DNA of 64,000 nucleotides, taken from NCBI GenBank assembly GCA_963733035.1, contig CAVTBU010000007.1, positions 64,001-128,000 on the forward strand, in the 5' to 3' direction. The position numbers were made by a program, and so were the translations under genes. The notes beneath the pieces are model-generated. The model searched no databases, was not told where the DNA came from, and worked only from the letters and a program-made list of their open reading frames with translations. Positions 54,455 to 64,000 of this stretch are shown piece after piece. Source of the DNA: Pirellulales bacterium. GTDB lineage: Bacteria; Planctomycetota; Planctomycetia; Pirellulales; PALSA-1355. Each line of letters starts with the position of its first letter. Within the stretch, counting starts at the first letter, position 1.

Positions 54455-57400
54455 ATGGCACATCCGCTGGAACAAAAGATCGGGCAAGTTCGCCGGCGAG
54501 CTCGTTGGCTACTGGGGCTATATGCCCTGGGGTGGACGTTCGGCATCGTGCTGGCCGCCGTGCTCGTGCTCACGCTGGCCGACTATCTGATCCGCTTCCA
54601 GGATCCCGGTGTGCGCGTGATGGCGTCGCTGAGCATGGTGGCCGTCTTGGGCTGGGCCGTTTATCACTTCGTGGTTGTCGGTTTTGCAGACTCGAAATTG
54701 GGCGACGTGCAGATCGCGCGCCGCATCGAACACCGGTTTCCGAGCCTCACCGACCGCCTGGCCAGCACCGTGCAATTTCTCAGACAACCGGAACTCGATC
54801 CGGCGGCGGGCAGCGTCGCGCTGCGCCGGGCGGTGATCCTGCAAACCGAACATGACGTGGCGGGGCTTGACGTCTCACAGGTCTTCGAACGGGGGCCCAC
54901 CCGCCGTGCGCTCGCCTTTGCAGGTGTACTGGCGCTGCTGTCCATGTTGTTAGTGGCGCTATCGCCCGGCAGCGCACGGATCGCGCTCATGCGGCTTACA
55001 CGTCCGCTGGGCGACGACGTCTGGCCGCGGTTCTATCACGTTGAATTTCGAACTCCTCCCTCGCGGTTGGCCGCCGGCCAGAATTTCGAAGTGGAGTTGC
55101 TGCAGGACGTTGGCCATCGCGTGCCCGACGACGTGCGGATCCACTACCGCTATAAAACCGGCCCGCAAACGTACGAGGAAGAGGTCGACGGCATGAAGTG
55201 GGTCAACGGCGCGCTGGTGGCCCGCAAAGATAACGTGCAGCGTCCGTTTTGGTATCGGGCCGAAGGGGGCGACGACTCGTCGATGGGCTGGCTCCGGCTC
55301 GAAGTGCTCGAAGCACCGCGGCTGGGTCCCACTCAAGTCACGCTGTACCCGCCTGACTACACCGGCTTGCCCGCGGAAGAAAGCGAGAAGAGCATTCATG
55401 CGCTGCGCGGTACGCGGATCGGACTGGCAGGTACCGTGACGAAGAAAGTCGTACGTGCGACGCTGCACCACGAGGATGGCAGCCAGCTGCCGCTGCAAGT
55501 GGCGGAGGACGGCTATTCGATCTCGCTCGCAGCCGACGCGGCCGAGCCGTTCGTAATCGACAAGACGGGACAATATTGGATCGAATTGGAAGACTCCGAG
55601 GGCCTTGTCGGCGGCGCGGAAGACCGCTGGGACATTCGCGCCATTCCCGATCTCGAACCGACCGTCACGATCGAAAAGCCGGGCACCAATGTTTACATTA
55701 CTCCGCAGGGTGAAGTCTCGCTGGCCGTCGCCGTGAAAGACGATCTGGCGATTCACAATATCGAGTTGCACTTTAGTCGCTCGGACCGCACGGACGTCGA
55801 GGACTTCGCCGTGTCGCTCTACCAGGGACCAGAGCGCGCGCCGCGTCAAACCGAAACCGGCCTACTGCTGGGCGGTAAGCTCGGCGAAAGTCGCGTCGTC
55901 GAGCATCGCTGGTTGCTCTCCGAACTAAAGCTGGAGCCCGGCGTCCAGCTGACCTTTTGGGCGAGCGCCACGGATTACCTACCTCAATCCGGCAAGAGCA
56001 CGGTTCGCAAGATCACGGTCATCACGCCGGACGAGCTCGAGGAGCGTCTGGCTCAGCGTCAGACGTTAGTCCTGGGAGAATTGCAACGCGTGCTGAAGCT
56101 TCAGCAAGATGCCCGCTCGCAGACCCGCTCCCTCGAAATTCAAGTGAATGACGTCGGTCGCATCGGCAAGAGCGACGTCGATCATGCTCAGTCCGCCGAG
56201 TTAAACCAGCGGCAAGTGACCCGCACGCTCACCAGTCCGACCGAGGGCATTCCGGCGCAGATTGCCGAATTCCTGGCCGAGTTGCGCAGCAACCATGTCG
56301 ACAGTCCGGGCGTCGAGCGGAACATGACGGGCATCCTCGACAAAATCGAGCGGCTCAATCAGCAGCACCTTGGCACGGTCGAGAGCGAATTGACGAGTTT
56401 CATCAAGGGATCGCAGGCCAAGCTGGCGGACGAATCGGTGCGCGACAGCGGCACGGCCGAGCCGGATTCCCAATTGAAGGAGTCGCTCGCGAGCGCCGGC
56501 CAAAATCAGGATCGGGTTGTTGAGTCGCTCGAACAGATGCTCAGCGAACTCGGTCGCTGGGACAGCTACCGCAGGTTCGCGCGTGATGTCTCGCAGCTCC
56601 AGCGCGACCAGGAAGAGATCGCGCGGCAGACCAACGAACTGTCGCCGCGGACGCTCGGTCGCGACTTCAAGGATCTCCCGGATCAGCAGCAGGCCGACCT
56701 GCGGAAACTCGCCAGCCAACAAGCCGAGTTGAGTCGGCGCCTCGAAAAGACGCAACAGCAAATGGCCGAAATGAGCCGCTCGCTCGGTGAAACCGACCCC
56801 ATCGCCGCGGCTACAATTTCCGACGGCTTGCACCAGGCTCGCCAGCAGGCCATCAGCGATTCGATGCGCAAGAGTGGCGATCAACTCGAAAAGAACCAAC
56901 TTGGCCAGGCCACCGGGCTACAGCAAAAAATCGCCCGCGACCTCGAGGACCTGCAGTCAATTCTGTCGAACCGCCGCGAACAGGAACTCGCCGCGGCTGG
57001 TAAAGCAACTCCGCGAAGCCGAGCAGGAGATGGCCAAACTCCGCCGGCAGCAGGCCGGCCTGCGCAAGAAGATGAAGGACGCCGAGAAAATCTCCGACCC
57101 CGCGGAGCGGAAACGCGAGTTGGAACGACTCACTCGAGAACAAAAGCAACTCGAAACAGAAACGGCGCGATTGGCGCGCAACTCCAGCGCTTGCAAGCCG
57201 AACAAGCTGGTAGCAGTACCTCGTCGGCCGCTGGCAAAATGGCCGGCGCCGGTCAGCAGGGCGAACAGGGCGACGCCGGCGGCGCTCAGGAGCAGGCCGC
57301 GCAGGCCGAAAAGGACCTCGAGGAAGCGGCCCAGCAGCTGGCCGAGCGCCGCAAACAGGCCGAACAGGACCTGGCCCGCGAACAGCTCGCGCGGCTTGAA

Positions 57401-58186
57401 GATTCGCTCAAGGGTTTGCTCGATCGACAGGAAAAGCTGATTCAGGAGACGCAACGATTGCAGCAACTCCGCGCCTCGGCAGGACGCCTTTCGCGGGCGC
57501 AATTGGCAACGCTCGGCGATTTGGCGCGACAGCAGTCGGGGCTTGGCGGAGAAACTTCACAGTTGGCCGAAAAACTCGAACTCACCGAGGTAATCAACTT
57601 GGCGCTGAGCGGCGCCGCCAGGCACATGGATCGCGCCGCCGAACTGCTCGAGCTGCGCGATACGGGCACGCAAGCCCAAGGCGCCCAAGAGGCCGCTCGC
57701 TTGCGTTTGGCGCAATTGATCGCGGCGTTCCAGAACAAAAACAAACCTGGCGACAAGGAGGGCGCTGGAGGCGGAAATTCGGGCGGAGGTGGTTCCGGCG
57801 GTCGCTCCGACGGCGGCTTCGTCCTCACGCAGCTCAAACTGCTCAAGCTGATGCAGGAAGATCTCAATGATCGCTATCGGGGCTTGGTTTCCGAGGGCGA
57901 CGAAAACCCGCGCGACGTGCGGCGACAACTCTCCGAGATAGCCGAAGAGCAGGGGCGGTTAGCCGAACTAACGCTTAAGCTTTCCGAGCCCGAGGTCGAC
58001 AATCCCGAAGATCATCCGGAGAAACTACCGGACGTACGCCAGGACGGCGATGCTTCGCCAGATGGTCTGCTGAAGGATCTGGAAGCGTTGCCGAATCTCG
58101 ATTTGGGAGAGCCGGCCGAAGCAGTTCCGGACGAAGTTCCGCCTCCCGATGCCGCAACCGATCCGGCCGTCAAGGAGCCTTCGTAA
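54455..58186 (+). CDS. Large membrane-anchored coiled-coil protein (DUF4175-like); compensating frameshifts near 56992 and 57178
   Basis: Three N-terminal TM helices, ARRIE.RFP, Ig-like region, long Q/E/L heptads. ORF 56787..57440 supplies the in-character RLVKQLREAEQE segment. Confidence 0.8.
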   Translation: MAHPLEQKIGQVRRRARWLLGLYALGWTFGIVLAAVLVLTLADYLIRFQDPGVRVMASLSMVAVLGWAVYHFVVVGFADSKLGDVQIARRIEHRFPSLTDRLASTVQFLRQPELDPAAGSVALRRAVILQTEHDVAGLDVSQVFERGPTRRALAFAGVLALLSMLLVALSPGSARIALMRLTRPLGDDVWPRFYHVEFRTPPSRLAAGQNFEVELLQDVGHRVPDDVRIHYRYKTGPQTYEEEVDGMKWVNGALVARKDNVQRPFWYRAEGGDDSSMGWLRLEVLEAPRLGPTQVTLYPPDYTGLPAEESEKSIHALRGTRIGLAGTVTKKVVRATLHHEDGSQLPLQVAEDGYSISLAADAAEPFVIDKTGQYWIELEDSEGLVGGAEDRWDIRAIPDLEPTVTIEKPGTNVYITPQGEVSLAVAVKDDLAIHNIELHFSRSDRTDVEDFAVSLYQGPERAPRQTETGLLLGGKLGESRVVEHRWLLSELKLEPGVQLTFWASATDYLPQSGKSTVRKITVITPDELEERLAQRQTLVLGELQRVLKLQQDARSQTRSLEIQVNDVGRIGKSDVDHAQSAELNQRQVTRTLTSPTEGIPAQIAEFLAELRSNHVDSPGVERNMTGILDKIERLNQQHLGTVESELTSFIKGSQAKLADESVRDSGTAEPDSQLKESLASAGQNQDRVVESLEQMLSELGRWDSYRRFARDVSQLQRDQEEIARQTNELSPRTLGRDFKDLPDQQQADLRKLASQQAELSRRLEKTQQQMAEMSRSLGETDPIAAATISDGLHQARQQAISDSMRKSGDQLEKNQLGQATGLQQKIARDLEDLQSILSNRREQELAAAGKATPRSRAGDGQTPPAAGRPAQEDEGRRENLRPRGAETRVGTTHSRTKATRNRNGAIGAQLQRLQAEQAGSSTSSAAGKMAGAGQQGEQGDAGGAQEQAAQAEKDLEEAAQQLAERRKQAEQDLAREQLARLEDSLKGLLDRQEKLIQETQRLQQLRASAGRLSRAQLATLGDLARQQSGLGGETSQLAEKLELTEVINLALSGAARHMDRAAELLELRDTGTQAQGAQEAARLRLAQLIAAFQNKNKPGDKEGAGGGNSGGGGSGGRSDGGFVLTQLKLLKLMQEDLNDRYRGLVSEGDENPRDVRRQLSEIAEEQGRLAELTLKLSEPEVDNPEDHPEKLPDVRQDGDASPDGLLKDLEALPNLDLGEPAEAVPDEVPPPDAATDPAVKEPS

Positions 58187-58980
58187 TGCGCGACATGGTG
58201 CAAATCAATTCTTGGCGACGATGGCGCCTGGGTCTGGCAATGGCGTGCCTGGCTGGCTTCGCAGCCATGCCTTTGAGTTCTATTGCACAGCCGCCCAAGG
58301 ACGCCGGGCAGTCGATCGACGATGCGCTGCTGGAAGATCTCGACAACGAACTGCTCGAGGGCGTTGGTGATCTGAAGAAACCAGCGCGCGAGAAACCGGC
58401 TGCCGATAAGCCGCTGGACGGCAAGCCTGCCGACGATGCGGGCGACCCGCGTCCACCGCTCGATGCCGCCATCGATGGAGAGGACGTGGGCATGCCCAGT
58501 GCCGACCGTGATCCGCTGGGGTACATCAGCCAGGAGATGCGGCAGGTCGAGCGACTGATTGCCGAGCAGGAAAAACGCCCCCACGCCGAGGAGCTGCAGC
58601 GACGCATCGTCGACGATCTGGCCCGCCTCATCGACCAGGCCGAGAAACAGCGCCAGCAGCAATCGTCGTCGTCTCAAAACCAAAATCAACAGCAAACCGC
58701 CAAACGGCAGAGTCCCAAGCAGTCGCAGCAACAGAGCCAGAAAGGCCCCGGGAAGGATTCCAGTCAGCCGGCCTCCGATAGCACCGATCGGCTGGGCCGC
58801 GCCGAGCAGGTCCGACCCGACCCGGAACTCCTGCGTGGTTTGATGAAGGACGCTTGGGGGCACTTGCCCGAGCGCGACCGCGAGCAGATGAAACAGATGG
58901 CTCCGGAGCGGTTCTTGCCGCAGTACGAACTAATGATCGAACGTTACTATCGGCGGCTGGCCGAGGAGCGCTCGCCGTAA
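58186..58980 (+). CDS. Exported acidic/Gln-rich protein
   Basis: Signal peptide; C-terminal WGHLPERDRE...YELMIERYYRRLAE; TAATG overlap. Confidence 0.75.
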   Translation: MRDMVQINSWRRWRLGLAMACLAGFAAMPLSSIAQPPKDAGQSIDDALLEDLDNELLEGVGDLKKPAREKPAADKPLDGKPADDAGDPRPPLDAAIDGEDVGMPSADRDPLGYISQEMRQVERLIAEQEKRPHAEELQRRIVDDLARLIDQAEKQRQQQSSSSQNQNQQQTAKRQSPKQSQQQSQKGPGKDSSQPASDSTDRLGRAEQVRPDPELLRGLMKDAWGHLPERDREQMKQMAPERFLPQYELMIERYYRRLAEERSP

Positions 58981-58995
58981 TCGCGAGGTCGGTCG

Positions 58996-60083
58996 ATGAC
59001 AAACGGCAAACAGGAAGACAGTTTCGCGCCGAGGGGATTCGCCGCCAGCCGCCGCCGGTTTCTGGTCGGCGCCACCGCTGCGTTGGCCTCCGGCCTTTGG
59101 GGGCGGAATCTTTGGGCCCAACAGCGCGATCCCGAGAAGTCGGCCGTCGACCTGATGACACCGGCCGCTGCCGAAGCGTCCGTCCGCGGCTTGAAGCTGT
59201 TGGCCTCGCGGCAGGACGAAGACGGCTCCTTCCACTCGGGCGGCTACAGTCGCAACGTGGCCATCGGCGCGCTGGCCGGCATGGCGTTCATGGCCGGTGG
59301 CAGCACGCCTTCGCGCGGACCATTTGGCACGAATGTCAATCGCGCGATCGACTACATCCTGACCAACACGCAGGAAAGCGGCTTCATCAACATTCCCAAC
59401 GCCAGCAGCCACGGACCCATGTACGGCCACGGCTTCGCCACGCTGTTTTTGGCCGAGTGCTACGGCATGACGCAGCGGGCCGACATTCGCGAAAAGCTGT
59501 CCAAGGCGGTCAACCTGATCGTCAACACCCAAAACGGCGAAGGGGGTTGGCGCTATCAGCCGGTGCGGCGCGATGCGGACATCTCCGTCACGATTTGCCA
59601 GGTGATGGCGCTCTGCGCCGCGCGAAACGCCGGGCTGTTCGTGCCTCGCGAAACGATCGATCGTTGCACCAGCTACGTCAAACGGAGCCAGAATGCCGAT
59701 GGCGGCTTCATGTACATGATTCAGGGTGGGCAGAGCGCTTTCCGCGCACGGCCGCCGGTGTGGTCGCCCTCTACAGCGCGGGTATCTACGAAGGGCCCGA
59801 GATCGCCAAGGGGCTCAAATACCTGATGGACTTCCTGCCGCAGGCCGGCGACGTAAATCGGGAGAGCCACTATTTCTACGGCCACTACTACGCGGTGCAG
59901 GCCATGTGGCATGCCGGCGGCGAACACTGGAACAAGTGGTACCCGGCCGTTCGCGACGCTCTGGTCGCACGCCAAAACGACGACGGTTCTTGGAGCGACT
60001 CGATCTGCGTCGAATACGGCACGGCCATGGCCTGCATCATTTTGCAAATGCCCAACAACTATCTACCCATCTTCCAACGCTAA
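58996..60083 (+). CDS. Tat-exported prenyltransferase/squalene-cyclase-repeat protein; frameshift near 59740
   Basis: SRRRFL; repeats QDEDGSF, QNGEGGW, QNADGGF and QNDDGSW; MYGHGFATL. Confidence 0.85.
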
Positions 60084-61277
60084 ATGTGTCTTCAAACTCT
60101 CTCTGTCGGTTGTTGGGTCATGCTGGCCGCGCTGGTCGCCCGGGGCGAACAGTTGCCGCTGGCCGTACCGGTCGACGGCGAGTCATTTCGCGCCACCCTC
60201 GCTGGAGCCCATGACGGTCAGTTCAAATTCTCGCTCGACGGCAAGGATCGTACGCTGCCCGCTCCCGATTTGGTGACCTGGGGCCACTTCGTCGATCCGG
60301 CGCCGGGCGTCCACGTCATCCTCTCGGGCGGCGGGCTGCTCGTTTCGGAAACGGCGCGGCTCGACGGCGAAAGTGTCACCGGCGAGTCGGTTACGTTTGG
60401 CAAGTGGAAATTGCCGATCGACCTGGTGGCCGGAATTCTATTGCGCCCGCCGTTCGACCGCGCGGCCGCCGACAAGCTTCTCTCGCGCGTCGAGTCGGCC
60501 GCGGGTCGCGACGACCGCCTGCTGCTGGACAACGGCGACCAGTTGACCGGCACGCTCACGGCCCTGGACGACAAGAAAGCCGTGCTTCGCGGCGAACATG
60601 GCCCGCTCGAAATCAACATCGACTCGCTGGCCGCGATCGTGTTCGATCCTTCGTTGGTCAGCCGTCCGCGCGCCACAGGGCTGCGGATGATCGTCGGCTT
60701 CCAGGACGGCAGCCGTCTCACGGCCACAAGCATCACCACCGACGGCGCCAACGCAAAACTAACATTGCCCGGGGGAGTCGAACTCACCTCGGCTACAAGC
60801 TGGATCGTGGCCCTGCAAACGCTCGGCGGCCGCGTCGCATACCTTTCCGACCGAGAACCGTCGAGCTATCGGCACATCCCATATCTCGAACTCAGCTGGC
60901 CCTATCGCAACGATCGCAGTGTTGGCGGCGCGCGACTCCGCGCGGGTGGACGGCTCTATCTCAAAGGGCTTGGCATGCACAGCCCGGCCCGCATCACGTA
61001 CAACCTCGACGGCGACTACCGCCGCTTCGATGCCGAGGTGGCCGTAGATGACGAGGCTCGCGCGCGCGGCAGCGTGCTGTTTCGCGTGTTCGTCGACGAC
61101 GGCAACGGCGATTGGCAGGAGCGAGCCACGAGCGCGATCCTCCGCGGCGGTCAGGCTCCGCACACGCTTTCCGCCGACCTGACGGGAGCCAAGCGAATCA
61201 GTCTGTTGGTCGACTTCGCCGATCGTGGCGACGAATTGGACCACGCCGACTGGCTCGACGCGCGACTGGTACCGTAG
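60084..61277 (+). CDS. NPCBM/NEW2-domain exported protein
   Basis: C-terminal YLSD...YLKGLGMHS...GSVLFRVFVD...DHADWLDARL. Confidence 0.85.
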   Translation: MCLQTLSVGCWVMLAALVARGEQLPLAVPVDGESFRATLAGAHDGQFKFSLDGKDRTLPAPDLVTWGHFVDPAPGVHVILSGGGLLVSETARLDGESVTGESVTFGKWKLPIDLVAGILLRPPFDRAAADKLLSRVESAAGRDDRLLLDNGDQLTGTLTALDDKKAVLRGEHGPLEINIDSLAAIVFDPSLVSRPRATGLRMIVGFQDGSRLTATSITTDGANAKLTLPGGVELTSATSWIVALQTLGGRVAYLSDREPSSYRHIPYLELSWPYRNDRSVGGARLRAGGRLYLKGLGMHSPARITYNLDGDYRRFDAEVAVDDEARARGSVLFRVFVDDGNGDWQERATSAILRGGQAPHTLSADLTGAKRISLLVDFADRGDELDHADWLDARLVP

Positions 61278-61312
61278 TCGGTTTCTCGATCGCGGGCGAG
61301 AGTTCGCCGCAC

Positions 61313-62518
61313 TTACGCTCCGTACTTACCTAGTCGTTCCGCGTTTGCCAGCGCCAGCAGCATCAGGTATTTCGACTCGAATTGGCCCAAACCGCCGCGA
61401 ATGGCTTCATTTTCGCCAAACGTCTGGCAAGCGTCCGTGCGGCAGGCTTTCGACGCCAACAGAGTCGGCACGGGGTGCCAACTGTGGCTGCGCAGCAGAC
61501 TCGGCGTGCTATGATCGCCGGTAACTATAAGCACTGTGGGATTCAGCTTCGTGACGCGCGGGATCACCGCATCCAACTCCTCGATCTTCTTCACCTTGGC
61601 GTCGAAGTTGCCGTCCTCGCCCGTTGCGTCGGTGTACTTGAAGTGCACGAAAAAGAAGTCGTAATCGTCCCAACTCTTCTCCAGCACTTCGAGTTGCTCG
61701 TTCAGCGTTTGGGCTATGCCAACAATTTGCATGCCGACCAGTCTGGCCAGACCCTTGTACATGGGATACACGGCGATTGCGGCCGCCTTCAACCCATACA
61801 CTTCCTCGAACGTCGGCAGTGCCGGCCGGGCGGCAAACCCGCGGAGCGTCAGGCCGTTCGCTTTCTTTTGATCCTTCAGAAGTCCTCGCGCCTGCTCGAC
61901 GAATTGGGCTGCCACTTTGGCCGTCTTGCCGCTGGCGTCGTCCTCGGCCCGAGGTGCGTGTGGCGGCACGCCGGTTTCCTGGGGATCGGTATCGAGGACC
62001 TTATCTCCCAAGCCCTCGCCGCGAAACACCACCACGAAGCGATGCTCTTTCACCGGTTCGACGAACAGCTCGACGCCGGGAATCTTCACCTCGCGAAGCT
62101 TGACGGCCAACGGCGCGCTCTCTTCGCTGGGAATGCGCCCCGCGCGGCGATCGGAAATATTGCCGGCCGCGTCCAGCGTGCAGTAGTTGCCACGCACGGC
62201 GACGTCTTTCGGTCCGAGTTCAAAGCCGATGCCCGTCGCTTCGAGCGCGCCGCGGCCGATGCGATACTCCAGCGGATCGTAGCCGAACAGGCCCAAATGG
62301 CCGGGGCCGCTCCCCGGCGTGATGCCCGGTTTGACGGGTATGCTGCCGCCCGAGACGCCGATGCGCGCCAGTTCGTCAAGGTGCGGCGTGCGGGCCGTTT
62401 CCAATTCGGTCTTGCCGCCCGGTTCCAGGGGTAATCCGCCCAACCCGTCGGCCACCAGCATCACGATCTTCGAGTCGTTTTTGACTTTCAGTTCGCGGGT
62501 CAGTTCGTGCATATCCAT
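61313..62518 (-). CDS. apgM: 2,3-BPG-independent phosphoglycerate mutase (ApgM type)
   Basis: VADGLGG, TELETARTP, PGSGPGH, GRGALEA, TGDHSTP, HSWHPVP; GAGGA RBS before ATG 62518. Confidence 0.92.
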   Translation of the reverse strand: MDMHELTRELKVKNDSKIVMLVADGLGGLPLEPGGKTELETARTPHLDELARIGVSGGSIPVKPGITPGSGPGHLGLFGYDPLEYRIGRGALEATGIGFELGPKDVAVRGNYCTLDAAGNISDRRAGRIPSEESAPLAVKLREVKIPGVELFVEPVKEHRFVVVFRGEGLGDKVLDTDPQETGVPPHAPRAEDDASGKTAKVAAQFVEQARGLLKDQKKANGLTLRGFAARPALPTFEEVYGLKAAAIAVYPMYKGLARLVGMQIVGIAQTLNEQLEVLEKSWDDYDFFFVHFKYTDATGEDGNFDAKVKKIEELDAVIPRVTKLNPTVLIVTGDHSTPSLLRSHSWHPVPTLLASKACRTDACQTFGENEAIRGGLGQFESKYLMLLALANAERLGKYGA

Positions 62519-62760
62519 GTTCGAGGTTTCCTCATATTTTTTGCGCCGCCGGGCGATTATCTCGATACGTCTTGTGGTAGCATAAACGGCCGCAGACACA
62601 AGGGGCACAGCCACGGGCGCCGCGCCCAACACGAGTCGGCAGCGCCGTTTGGCTGTTTGGCTGTTCGGCCCCTTGGCGGTCACGTGCGACGTTTGTATCC
62701 TCTGGTGCGTTAGTCCCTCCCGCTCTCACGCCCACCGCGGCAAATGTAGGTGATCAAGTC

Positions 62761-64000
62761 ATGACGAGCCACGCGGTCACGCCGCTCGCATACGATGCCG
62801 CCGGTGCGATGATTCCCAAGACGGGGATCTCGAGTAACGATCTAGCCGAACTGCAGCCAGCGCTCGCGCGCGCAAGGATGAGGTTCTGGCCGATTTCGAT
62901 TTGTGGAAGCGCGGTGGCGATGTTCCCCACGACAAACAACCACTCGAGCCCGGGTTCATCGAGCTGCCCGCGCAACTACTGGGCGAATACCGCGAGTCGC
63001 GGCCGACGAGCCAGCTCAATCAGATCCTGGCCGCGGCCAACAAACTGGCCAACCTGGTCGACCGCGTGGTGCTGTTGGGCATCGGCGGCTCGTACATGGG
63101 TCCTCGGGCGATCTTCGAAGCCTGTTGCCATCCTCACTACAACGCGTTGAGCCGGGCGGAGCGCGGCGGGCATCCGCGGATTCACTTTGCCGGTCACAAC
63201 GTCGACAACGACTCCACGCAGGGTTTGCTCGACTTGCTTTCCGACAAGCCAACGCGCGACCTTGAAGGGCGGTGGGGAATCGTCGTCATCAGCAAGAGCG
63301 GCGGAACACTGGAAACGGCCGTCGCGTTTCGCCAATTCCTGACCGTACTCCGCCGGGCCTGCGTCGATGACTTGGAACTCGTCGCCGACCTGGTCGTTCC
63401 GGTCACCGGCTCGTCGGGCCGCCTGTTCGAATTGGCTCGCGCGCTTGGCTGCGAGGAGATTTTTCCGATCCCCGATGGCGTTGGCGGCCGCTACTCGGTC
63501 CTGTCGGCGGTGGGCTTGTTGCCGGCGGCCATCATGGGTGTGGACGTGATTCGGCTGCTCGAAGGCGCCGCGGCCATGACCGAACATTTCCGCGCGGCGG
63601 CGCCCGACGAGAACCTGGTACTGCGCTACGTTGGCGTGTCGCACCTAATGGAGAAGCGCCGCGGAGCGACGACCCGCGTGATGGCCTCGTGGTCCAATGC
63701 ACTGGAAGCGACTGGCCAGTGGTATGACCAGTTGCTCTCGGAAAGCCTCGGCAAGAATCAGCAGGGTGTGACGCCGTTGTCGGTGGTCAATACGCGAGAC
63801 TTGCATTCGCGCGCACAGCAGCACCAGCAAGGTCGTCGCGACAAGCTAATTACGAATGTAATGGTCGACTCGAACCGTCGCGAAAAGTTGCTGGTCGGTA
63901 GTTCCGATTTGGACGAAGACCAGCTGAACTCGCTGGCCGATAAATCGCTCGCCGATCTGATGGCGGCGGCGATCGCCGGCACAACACAGGCCTACGCCGA
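62761..64000 (+). CDS. pgi: Glucose-6-phosphate isomerase; frameshift near 62875, runs off the window
   Basis: Manual translation of the open frame gives GIGGSYMG, SKSGGTLET, GVGGRYSVLS, QLLSESLGK and RDLHS. Confidence 0.92.

Noticed and set aside
58996..60083. Squalene-hopene cyclase
   Set aside because: About 360 aa, single domain, no DxDD motif, and it has an export signal.

Overview
GC-rich bacterial chromosomal segment. Gene content (sulfatase, PQQ-propeller, BatA/VWA, NPCBM and prenyltransferase-repeat proteins) suggests Planctomycetota, probably Pirellulales; this is an inference. 1-25 kb holds mixed housekeeping and accessory genes: ggt, sulfatase, a ComDE-like TPP decarboxylase pair, dusB, dps, pyrBC, a GGDEF protein and membrane proteases. 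25.3-44.4 kb is a co-oriented 16-gene respiratory operon. It encodes a b6f-type Rieske/cytochrome b complex (split cyt b, heme-ci Cys, APWY Qo motif), a ~1,475-aa octaheme cytochrome c with a PDZ-like insert, two amicyanin-loop blue-copper-like lipoproteins, a diheme cytochrome c lipoprotein, and an A2-type aa3 oxidase with assembly factors. A TTGACA promoter with a Rex/Crp-like operator precedes it. 45.4-61.3 kb is a tightly coupled MoxR-DUF58-VWA envelope cluster. apgM and pgi end the window. At least 12 genes carry single-base frameshifts, most likely long-read assembly errors. I saw no rRNA, tRNA, CRISPR array or mobile element.
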